In this document: positions 53,192 to 64,000 of the stretch, piece after piece
Layout: each line of letters starts with the position of its first letter
Position numbering within the stretch: position 1 is the stretch's first letter
Assembly (NCBI GenBank): GCA_964016885.1
Contig: OZ024745.1
Location: forward strand, 87,668,001-87,732,000
Source of the DNA: Eledone cirrhosa
Lineage: Eukaryota
Direction of reading: 5' to 3'
Length of the DNA: 64,000 nucleotides
The notes under the pieces: generated by a model
Database searches by the model: none
What the model was told of the DNA's origin: nothing
The model's input: only the letters and a program-made list of their open reading frames with translations
Position numbers and translations under genes: made by a program

Positions 53192-56100
53192 TCAACAGCA
53201 AAGTCTCTCTGGGGGTTTACGAGTTCTCTTGGACCGTCTTCGATTGTCTGGTCCATACTCTGGAACGGGCAACAAGGTCTTGGGTTTGGTCTCTCTTGGA
53301 GTTAGTGGCACGATTTCCGAGATCTCCATCGGGTGATCTATTGCAAATTCATAAACAGTGTCTACTGCATCACCAGGTTCATTGTCTTCCTCAGTATTGT
53401 ACCGCGGTTGCAGCTGCTCCCAGTGTCGTCTCCACACCGGACCATGAGGTATACCTTAACGTTGAAGCAGCGAGTACCCAATGACTTCTTACTGATTGCT
53501 GGTACCCATCGGGGATCTTTGTCTCGGCGAGGTCCGTAGTACAGTGCATACACAGGATCTCCAGCCTTGTACTGCCTGATAACCTTAGCGACACCTGCCG
53601 AGTCCGGAGTCATCTGAGACTTATATGCTTCCTTAGACTGCTTGCCTTGAGCGATGTGTGCTGGCGAGGGCAGCAGAGAATCAATCCTTGTCCGTATCTG
53701 CCGGTGATTCTAAAGTTCACTCGGAGAGAATCCACTGGATGTCGGTGTTCTCCGGTACTGCATCCAGAACTCTTGAAGTGCTCACTTCGGCGGAAGAGAA
53801 GTCTTCCTCAGAGCTTGTTTGAAGGTCTGCACCAAACGTTCCGCTGCTCCGTTAGTAGCTGGGTGGTAAGGTGCTCCTGTCAGGTGCGTGATCCCACGTT
53901 CTTTGCACCAGCTCTGGAACTCCTCAGAAATAAAAGTTGGTGCGTTATCGGTGACTAGCGTGTGAGGAAATCCAAAGTGCGCAAAGTCTTCTTCAAGCAG
54001 ATCTAAAGTGGATGACGTAGATGACGTAGGATGAATGCATGGATACTTAGTGGAGGACGTGGATGACGTAGGATGAATGCATGGATACTTGGAATAAGCA
54101 TCCGTGATCACCAACCAATTACTGCCCATGACATTTATTGCGTGGTCCAGGTGTAAGCGGCTCCACGGCTTTTCAGGTAACATCCATGGGTGAACTGGAG
54201 ACTTGGATGGCTGGTTTTGATGTTCACCACACGAATCACATTGTCGACTGGTTTTCTCTATAACAGCATCGATACCTGGCCAATAAACAGCAGTTCTTGC
54301 CAATTGTTTCATGCGCCCCATGCCAAAGTGTCCGAGGTGCAGAAGATTGAGGATCTTTGGCTGTAAGCTATGTGGAATCACAACTCTCGATCCATGGATA
54401 AGGCATCCGTAGCAGATACTGAGTGAATCCGATAACTTCCGGAACTTATTGACTCCGTCATTGATCTCAGTATTCTTTGGTGGCCAGCCTTCACGGACGT
54501 AGCGTATCATTGTAGATATCACTGGATCTTTCCCTGACTCTTGACGGAGGACGTTAGAATCGATAGGTTGGACTTGAAGACTGAGAGCTTTGATGGCGCA
54601 CACCATGTCCATGTCTTCACCATTTTCCTTCCTGTCAAAGTCGATGTCATTACCAAATGGCAAGCGACTGAGGGCATCTGCATTGCCATGAACCGCTGTT
54701 TTCCGATATTCGATGGTGTAGTCAAACTGGTTCAGCCACAGGGCCCACCGTGCTAGTCGGTTAGCAGCGAGAAGTGGCGTCCCTTTCCTGGGACTGAATA
54801 GTGATCTCAGTGGCTTGTGGTCAGTTACGAGTATAAACTGATGTCCGTACAGAAACTGATAGAACTTCTGCAAGCCAAATATAATGGCCAGGGCTTCCTT
54901 TTGAATGTGGCCGTAGTTACGCTGTGCAGAAGTAAGAGTCTTGGACACATTGGATATTGGGCGCTCGCTTCCATCAGGATAGCGATGAAACAGGACTGCT
55001 CCAATATCAACGTTTGACGCGTCGCAAGCCAGTCCCAAAGTTTTGTTTGGATCGAAGTGTATCAGAACTCGATCCGATGAAAGCACATTTTTCAACTGAT
55101 CGAAAGCTGACTGTTCTTCATCTCCCCATTTCCAAGTAGTCGTTTTTTTCGTAAGGCAATAGAGTGGGTCTGCCATGCTGGCCAGGTTTGGGATAAACTT
55201 TCCATAGAACTGAACCCAGGAAAGACTTCAAGCTTGATACGTTCGTTGGAGGTGGCATCTTTAAAACTGCTTCGACCTTGGATCCCTTCGCGATCCCTTC
55301 AGCCGACAAGATGTGTCCAAGGTATTCCACACTGGGTAGTGCAAACTGGCACTTGTCACAGTGACATCTGAGTCCTTTGTCGCACAGACGTGTGAGCAGA
55401 CACTTTAGGTTGTTCAGGTGATCGTTTGCATCTTTCCCACTGACGAGCATGTCGTCCTGGAAGACAGCCACACCAGGTAGATCTTGAGTCAGGTTTTCCA
55501 TGATCTCCTCAAAGTAACCAGGTGCTGACTTGATTCCGAAAGGGAGTCGTTCCTGCAGGAGCACCCCACGGTGAGTGCTGAGTGCAAGCCTGCGTTGACT
55601 TTCTGGAGCCAGCTTGATCTGATTATAGGCATCAGCAAGATCAATCTTTGTGTATCCGAATCCACCTCCGAGCTTCTGCATCAGTTCCTCTGGGAGTGGC
55701 ATTGGATGACGATGATCTGCAAGTTGGTCATTGATTCCCACAGAGTAGTCACCACAAATCCGTAGTTTGGGCTTCAGGTTGCCTGAAGTATGTGCTTTAC
55801 GAATCGGTACCACTGGCGTTCCGTACTCGTTGAACTGTATTGGCTTCCAGATTCCTTTGGCGATGCCTTCTTCGTAACCTTTGGCCAGGTCATCAGGAAG
55901 AGCAAACGGGACCGGGCGTGCCTTGTGAAAGACCGGTGTCGCGTCCGACTTGAACTTCACTTCCAGTTCGAAGTCATTAAGACATCCCAATTCTTGCTTG
56001 AAGAGATCTTGGAATTCATCACACATGTTGTGACAATCTCGTTGCATGGAAATATAGCGCTCATTTGAGGTCTTTGGATGCATCACTTCTGCACCCTCAC

Positions 56101-57484
56101 TCTTGGCCTGGCTGTCTATGCTTTTCAATCTTAGAGCATTGTCCACGGAAATTCCCAGAGTCTGGATAGCGTTTCGTCCCAGCAAATTAAGATCAGGGAT
56201 CTTGGTGACGATGTAGGGTATTGAATTCCGTTTACCGGTCGTTGGATCCTTGGTTTGGCCCATGAAAGTTCCCAGAACGGGCAGGTCGTGCTTGCTGGCA
56301 GATTCAAACCGATGTTTGACATCTTGCAGCTTCGGTTTTCCTAATTGTTTCCAAACTGACAAGGAAACAAAATTGCCTGTAGTAGCTGTGTCTAATTCCA
56401 TTGTGAAAAGTCTGTTCTGGATTGTTATTGGCACATTCAAATTATGAGTATCGTGGGGGACTTCACGAAGGATCGCCTTGACTAGCTCAGCTTTCGTGAT
56501 TCTTTTCACGTAATTCTGTGAGCGATGATTACGTTGCTGATGTTGTTTCTTTCTAAACACCGCTTGCAAATGTCCCTTTTTGTCACAAAAATGACATTTG
56601 GCTTCTTTGAAGGGGCAGTCTGTCGCTTTGTGGGCCTTTCCACATCGGTAGCACATCTCCTGGTCTGTGGAATAAGACTGCTGATAGTTCTTTCGAGGAC
56701 CCTTGTTCTTGTTCTGCTGGACCTTGTAGACTTGCTTGGTTTTGGAACCGTAAACCGTTTCCTTGGCAAACTTTGCTGCGTCTTCGGTCCCGATGGCAAC
56801 TTGGACAGCACGGGCGAAATCTAGTTCTGTATTCTTGATCTTGAAAATAGCCTTCAACACAGCTTCATTATTGACAGAACATATAAATCTCTGTCTTAGA
56901 GCTTCATCTTGTGGATTTGTGAGCGAAGGAAAATCACAGGTAGCTGCATCCTGACGTATACGTGCTGCCAGCTCTTGGAGAGTTTCGCCTGGCTTCCGTT
57001 GCATGTCACTCCAGAACTTGAAACGTTCTCTCACAATGAAAAGTTTTGGGTCGAACTGTTCTTTCATGAAGTCAACAATTTCGTCCATTGTCAACTTGTT
57101 GATATTCTTAGGCGGATTTTGTTGAGCAGCCAGATTTGCAAGTTGTTTGTAGATAGCAGCCGTCTGATTAGTCAGGAACACTTGTGCCATGCGTTGCTCG
57201 GGTACAGCGTTAGCAGCCACAAACGTGCAGAATCTTGACCAGTAATCAGGCCATAGTTATATTGTTGAATCAAAAGCAACAGATGGTGGGATGAATGCTG
57301 TTGGTATCGACGCAACTGTCGACGCCAATAAACTCTGTTGTTCAGAATCTCGAGCACCAAACAGTTTTATCAGAGTGTCCATATCTTTCTTCTGTTGTTG
57401 CATTTGTTGCGACGACAATAAACTCTGTTGTTCCATCTGTTCTCTAAACAACATTATTAGCTCCGCTGTTTGTTGTTCCGCCAT
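53192..57484 (-). pseudogene. gag-pol (two Zn knuckles, protease, RT, RNase H, integrase) with several frameshifts
   Basis: CYRCGKAHKATDC and CHFCDKKGH; MELDTA; LRICGDYS, RLPFGIKSAP, FQDD; LACDAS, TDHKPL, NADALSRLP; LHLGHFG..CDSC, VTDNAP, YHPATNGAAERLVQTFK. Confidence 0.93.
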
Positions 57485-57591
57485 GTTTTTATGATAAACA
57501 ATTTCCCGGCAATGTAGGTAAATCCTATCGGCAATGTAAGTAAATCCTATCGGCAATGTAGGTAAATCCTATCGGCGACGCCAATAAACTC

Positions 57592-57867
57592 TGTTGTATT
57601 CCTCTCGGTACTCGCAGAGAAAACCCAACGAGTTATATCAAATAATTTGTGTAATTTGCGAAACAACCAAAACGCCCCTCCTCGCAGTAGCAGAATAACA
57701 TAAAGTAAGTAAGTAGCAGTCTGTGACCGAGTTTTTAATACCAACGCTGACTGACTGCCCAGGTCACGTGATTCATATGCAAATGTGTGAGCACGTGTAA
57801 ATTGAATAGAAATTTAACAGTCCATACAACAATGAGGTTGTGAGTTCGATTCCCAGTCTATACACCA
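57592..57867 (-). repeat. 5' LTR (276 bp)
   Basis: About 3 differences from the 3' LTR. Confidence 0.95.
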
Positions 57868-58290
57868 CTTTAACTCACTACACTCCAAATCTACGACATC
57901 ATGTCTACATATATCAAAACTGCTCAAAGATTCCTTCCACCTATACCTCTCCCTCCATCTCAGTTTCTCACCCAACTTCCTAATTCTTCTCCCCCTTCAT
58001 CTCTCTCTCTATACTACTCCCTTTGTCCCTCCACTTTCTAATTACTTTTCCTCTCTCTCTATACTAGCAAATACAATTCCAACAATGTTTTACTCTATAT
58101 TTTAAGAACTTGTTAAGAGTAACTTATTCACTATTTTGAAAATTTGGACGTGTACAACAATTATTATTGACTGGCTGCTATTTGCAGTATAGCAATATAA
58201 GGTTGCACTTACCAATGAAACGGTCGTAAATACCTGGATAAAATCCTTCTCTTAATGGTTACCTGTGTTTTCTCTTTTATCCTCTCTCTC

Positions 58291-58364
<74 letters not shown>

Positions 58365-58384
58365 TCTCTCTCTATATATATATA

Positions 58385-59898
58385 TAATTCAAGAAAGAAG
58401 AGTGACATGGTTTGCTATACAATAAGGGCTTTATTCACATTGCTGACAATTGTTTCTTTGATCTGGTAGGTCTAGAGTTCGCTACTCGCCTGATTTTGCG
58501 TCAATCGATCTCCAATACTTTGTTTGTAACCAGTCGTTTTAATCAGAGCACGCGAAAGTGAAGAAGATACACAAGGCATGGCTTTTATAGAGGAGTGGTA
58601 TTAAACCAGAACAATAATATCAATAATAAAATAACTAGATACTGAATAGTTAAAATAATAACATCAATATAAGTAAGAAATAGAGTATAATGATGAATTT
58701 AGCATGTTAAACGAACTGATATGGTACAGATGTATGAAATTGACATGTGAAAACTGCTATAGGGTACATTAGATGTAATGTTAAGGTGGTGAATATATAA
58801 CAGATAAAATGTACTTGGAGTCAGGATTTATGAGGTGTAAGCGTTCGCTCTAGGTATGAGGGCACGTTGGCCATAAACCGGATATTTATTTATTGTTTGA
58901 CAGATAAACATTTTCACTGTATTAATTTTGTGATAATGATAGAGTGCGAAGAAAAATATAGTTTTTATGTGGTGTTAAGTGGAGTTGTAGATTCGTTATT
59001 TAAGTGGCCTATTCTAAAAGTTGGGATTGTTAGTTCGAATCATGGAGGTTTAATTTTCACAACATCAATAACAAATAGTGTATAAATAAGACAATAATGA
59101 CAACAATAATAGAGACAATAAAGGTAATAAAATAGCAAAATATGCATGGTAGATATAGAGAACATGATGAATAATATTAGGGATACATTGAGATGATCAT
59201 AATAATAATAAGAGAAAAATAAGATTTCAAAGAGTGTAGGGGTAATTAGATAATGTACTTAGAATTAAGTTCATCTGTTATAGATCATAAGTGCTAATGT
59301 GAGACACGTAGATATAATTGTTTGGTTCGAAGGGGTAAACAACAGCAAAGATGGGATTGATTTATTGGCTGATAAGATAGTTGTAGACATTACTGCCCCA
59401 TCCTAGTGGTATAGAATTAGGGAGGCTAGAAGTTGTTTATAGAAGATAGTGGGCTGTATGAGAATGTGGATTTCATACGTTAAATGTTAAGTGATGTTGG
59501 TTCGAATCAGGGTGGTTTAAATCTCGCGAATTTTGTAGCAAGCCTATGTCTGCAGAAAATTGACCTTTCTGACGAAAACGACTGGTTATAAACAAAGTAT
59601 TGGAGATCGATTGACGCAAAATCAGGCGAGTAGCGAAGTCTAGACCTACCAGATCAAAGAAACAATTGTCAGCAATGTGAATAAATCCCTTATTGTATAG
59701 CACACCATGTCACTCTTCTTTCTTGAATTATTATTACTCCAAGTATAAACTACATAGAAAGCACCGCGAACTCGCAGCATCACTATGGAAACGTCTTGTT
59801 GAGTCAAACTAAGCCACACGTTAATACTATCCACCACACGGAGTACTCTAACTGGACTACATCCAAGTGGACTGCCTATAACGATAACCTGTTATTCC

Positions 59899-59900
<2 letters not shown>
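58385..59900. mobile_element. PLE terminal remnant with inverted pLTR copies, each carrying a long-stem-II hammerhead motif (minus 58440-58550; plus 59569-59674)
   Basis: 58385-58546 is the reverse complement of about 59570-59730; CTGACGA aaacgactgg..ccagatcaaa GAAA CAATTG TC agca. Confidence 0.8.
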
Positions 59901-59960
<60 letters not shown>

Positions 59961-59965
<5 letters not shown>

Positions 59966-60949
59966 AACAGGAAGAAAAAAATAATTATTAGGAAGAACAT
60001 TTTTTTATTTTTCCCTTTTTATTTATTTCTCTCGTTTTTTCTGGGTTAGAAAATGATTAAAACGAAATATTTTACTTTGTGTGAAGTGTTAAGGTCCTAG
60101 TTGATTTATTTATTAATTAACAATGGCATTTATTTATTTATTTATTTATTTATATATTTAATAATTGTCTATTGCCGGTTTCAGCATGTTTATGCATTAT
60201 CAAATGATAGTAAATGTATTATTGTAGAATGGTGTTGGACATGTTAAAGAAATGGTGCAGAAAAAAAATAATGTTATTTACAATCAAGGTTTAAGAAGTG
60301 AAAAAAAAAGAAATAAGAAAAAAGGGACGTAATGTGGAGCATAAAAAGTCAGTGTGAAAGAAAAAATAATGTTATTTACAGTCATAGTTCTTGAAGTTAA
60401 GCAGATCAAAATGTGTTAATATAGCAAGGGTGGCCTAGTTGATCCATGATGGAGGCAAATGGTGGACTGGGATTTGATAACATTTTTTTTTTTCACATTG
60501 ACTTTTTCAGCTACACATTACGCCTTTTTTTCTTTTTTCTTTTTTCTTTTTTTCTTTTTTCTTTTTTCTTTTTTCTTTTTTCTTTTTTCTTTTTTCTTTT
60601 TTCTTTTCACTCCATAAACCTTGTTTGTAATTAACATTTTTCTTTCTGCACCATTTCTTTAACATGTCCAACACCACCATTCTACACCAATACATATTAC
60701 TATCATTTGATACTGCATAAAAATGCTGAAAGAGGTAATAGACAATTATTAAATATATAAATAAATAAATAAATAAATAAATAAATGCCATTGTTAATTA
60801 ATAAATAAATCAACTAATACCTTAACACTTCACAGAAAGTAAAATATTTCGTTTTAATCATTTTCTAACCCAGAAAAAAGAGAGAAAGAAATAAAACGGG
60901 AAACAAATATTTTTTTTCCTAATAATCGTCTTTTTCTCCCTGTTTTCAT
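59961..60949. repeat. Large fold-back, about 410-470-bp diverged arms with a spacer of about 100 bp, between (TA)n tracts
   Basis: ctgggttagaaaatgattaaaacgaaatattt pairs with aaatatttcgttttaatcattttctaacccag; ggtgttggacatgttaaagaaatggtgcag pairs with its reverse complement. Confidence 0.9.
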
Positions 60950-60998
60950 AAATATATATATATATATCCTAACTCGTGTGCTTTCTCTCCACATTTTA

Positions 60999-61061
<63 letters not shown>

Positions 61062-61399
61062 ACAGCAATACACATCAAAAACAACAACAACACACACATT
61101 CTATGCCTCTCACCATCACCACAATCATAACAAACACAGTCACAGAAAACAGGTAATGACAGTAAAACAGAAATAAGGGAAGGTAATAGGATTGAAAGGA
61201 GAAAGGAGACTATCGATACTGACAGAGAAAATAACCAGGACGAACACACAGACACACAAAATAGAGTAGATAATAACAATGAGCCAGGGGAAAGAGACAG
61301 GAGAGACATAGAAACAACCATGAGGCTGTTGGTGGAAATAGAAATAGAAACAACACAACTAACAATAACAATATCAATAGTACACATAAAGCAGCCGGG

Positions 61400-63770
61400 A
61401 ACTCTACTATTTATAATCCTTCCGATATGTCCTTCGACCTACGACGAGTCCACGCCACGACTTTAGCTTTTAACAAACGCACGCAATTGCCGTCGCAGGT
61501 CGATGAACAAACAGAAGCACAATTTAGTATAGCTAGATCTAAACTTAGAAATATTATAGAACAGTATAGCAAGAAGCAAAATAGAATGGAGGCCCAGCAA
61601 CTGGGAGAAAAATCTGCAAATGGCTTGCCTAAGCTCATGCAGCGCTCGCGTAATGGAGAGATTGCATGCTTTCCAACAGACAAGTCTAGTAGAATGTCCG
61701 TTAACAGTCTGTCAAACTACATCCAGGTAATGCAACCCCACATCACTAACACAAGAGATGTAACACCACAAGAGCATGAGGATAAGGAAAAAACCCTCAA
61801 TGCCCATATGATGATGTGGACAAATATAATGCAGCCCAACAAAAGGACTGCCAACAACTTCCAGGCCTGGAACAATGACGTGCTAGCCTTTTATGGGCTT
61901 CGAAAAGAGCATAAAACGAGCAGTGACCCTGTCACAGGACCACCAACACGGCCAGTCTGTGGAGCTAACATTGCTAGTAACCACAGACTTTCCTACTTCC
62001 TCTCCCTGATCATACGCCCCATCATTGTAATGTCCCCAGATATATGTGACAGCAGGGAGGACCTCCTCAGCAGAATCAGCGAAACTAACCGATCTAGGGA
62101 CCTAACAAACTGCATAATAGGTAATATGGATCTTGTGTCCCTATATCCATCAATTGACGGGGATTTTGCTGCGGAGAAATGCGTAGAAATGATCAGTGAG
62201 AGCAATGTTTTATTCCGTGTGCTGGGATCCTACTTAAACTTACCTATAGTAATGATTATCTAGATACATATGACCTTAGCAACCTGTGCCCTACAAGACC
62301 AGCAAGAGGCAGACCATCTACCATTATCTCAATGGCCAAGAAAACCCACACAGATAGATGGAACGGGTGGACCAGAGCCATACCGACCCCCAAAAACCAC
62401 GATGAACTAAAGAAAATGATTGCACATGCGGTGGGGGCCAGTATAAAATTAACCCTTAAGGAACATATGTTCAAATTTAATGGAAAAACATATGCCCAAG
62501 AGGAGGGAGCACCCATTGGTGTTAGCATTGCAGGTGACATAGCTAACCTATTCATGGTATGGTGGGACAATAGACTTAAACTTAAACTTAAAGAACAATT
62601 AGAAGACAGCAACCTCATGACCCTGATAATGTACTCCCGCTACGTTGATGATATAAACATCGTAGTAAAAACACCCCCGCTAGAGAACAGTCAGGAAGTA
62701 GAGAAAAACACATGTGGAAAGCATTCAGCAAATAGCTAACTCCATCCACCAGTGTATTAGAGTTACTATAGACTACCCAAGCAAGCACCCCAACCATCGA
62801 TTACCTGTACTAGACACAGAGCTCTGGTTAGATACCATTAATAACAAAAAACAAATCCTGCATTCCCATTATGCCAAACCTATGACTTCCAAATATCTGA
62901 TCCACCTAAACTCAACTGTTTCGGACCAGACGAAAATCAACATACTGATTGCGGATTTGGTACCGGTTATGAGAAACGTGCCCCGCATGTGCAACCCTAA
63001 AGAACTAGAATGACACATACAACACTTCATCCACCGTATGCAGTTCTCTGGTTACAATCAGAGAGATAAAATCAGAGTATATAGAGGAGCCAGAACCAAA
63101 TGGAAAAAAATGGTAAATAATGATACAAATGGGACCTGCCCCTTGTATAGGAGCAAATTTTGGAATAGAATAGAAATAACTAGGAATAAGGTTAATAGAA
63201 TAAACTCATGGTATGATAGCAATAAATACCAGATGTAATGTTCATTGATACAACACCTAGAGGTGAATTAGCTTACACATTTAGAAGGGCCCTAGATAAA
63301 CATAAACTCAATATTAAGATAGTAGAAAGACCAGGTACCTCCATCAAAACACTTATTAGCAATACATTCCCTTTTCAAAGACCTCCCTGTATAGATAAGA
63401 AATGTATAATCTGTAAACTAAGCCCCCATATTAACTGTAAAACTAGAAATGTAGCATATAGCATAAGATGTACTGAAGGACAATGTAGAGATAAGAATAT
63501 TATGTAGATAGGTGAGACAGCTCGTAGTATAGGGGAACGGATAAATGAACACTGGCGAGAGCTTCAAGATAGTGAAGAATCATCTGTACTCCACCAAAAT
63601 GTTAAAATAGAACATAAGGGTAAATTAGAGAACATAGAAATAAAAATAGAATCTACACACAGAAAAGACGCAATGTTTAGACAAATCACAGAGGCAATAA
63701 ACATAAATGAACTACAACCAAAATTTAATAGAAAACATGAATGGAACAGCGTCATCACAACTTACAATTA
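61400..63770 (+). pseudogene. Penelope-like element of a third lineage (RT + GIY-YIG), frameshifted
   Basis: PTDKS, FYGLRKEHK, PPTRPVCGA, DLVSLYPSID, QEEGAPIG, RYVDD, LPVLD, HYAKPM, CIDKKCIICK, NVAYSIRC..IGETARS..EH, RQITEAI..N..EWN. Confidence 0.9.
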
Positions 63771-63967
63771 AGGACAAAAAGAAAACACACACACACATAG
63801 AACAAACAACCAACCAGTAACATGTAAATAAACAAATAAATAAATAAATATAAACACACACAGACACCCGGATGTAACACGTTTGCAAACTAAGCAGACA
63901 ACACAAACACAAACAAGATGGCGTTGGACAGAACAAAGGAGAGGCACACAAACAAAGAAAATAATCC

Positions 63968-64000
63968 CCAGTCACTGAAGAGGTCACATAATGTGTCACG
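63968..64000 (+). ncRNA. Probable 5' half of a hammerhead in the PLE 3' terminus, cut by the window end
   Basis: CTGAAGA (63975-63981) + caca-taa-tgtg stem + final G where GAAA is expected. Confidence 0.45.

Larger units (their letters stand above)
52883..57867 (-). mobile_element. Full-length Gypsy/Ty3 LTR retrotransposon, Mag-like
   Basis: Near-identical LTRs 52883-53157 and 57592-57867 (TG..CA); TSD CTTTA at 52878-52882 and 57868-57872; PPT ggtggggagg at 53158-53167; PBS-like TGGCGTCGCCG at 57573-57583. Confidence 0.96.

Noticed and set aside
58160-58235. Hammerhead at ccaatGAAACGGTCGTA/aata
   Set aside because: The 3' half is plausible but there is no intact CTGANGA core; too degraded to call.

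Overview
AT-rich, repeat-saturated eukaryotic (metazoan invertebrate-like) DNA; no host gene is supported. Bases 1-18375 are a very homogeneous tandem array of a 467-bp unit (about 39 copies). Each unit carries a minimal type I hammerhead ribozyme (AATATTG-CTGATGA-stem II-GAAA-CTAG-TT/CAATATT) with a palindromic stem III, so the array looks like a retrozyme-type ribozyme satellite. Diverged, dispersed homologues of this monomer, with their own hammerheads, occur at about 30.0-30.3 kb and 34.1-35.5 kb. The rest of the window is nested transposon debris between (TA)n tracts. It includes about nine Penelope-like element (PLE) pieces (one with an uninterrupted RT + GIY-YIG ORF), about a dozen further hammerhead motifs, many fold-back palindromes, a full-length Mag-like Gypsy LTR element with a 5-bp TSD, an RTE LINE, a CR1-like 3' fragment and a probable non-autonomous Helitron. 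All calls come from reading by eye; boundaries of degraded elements are approximate.
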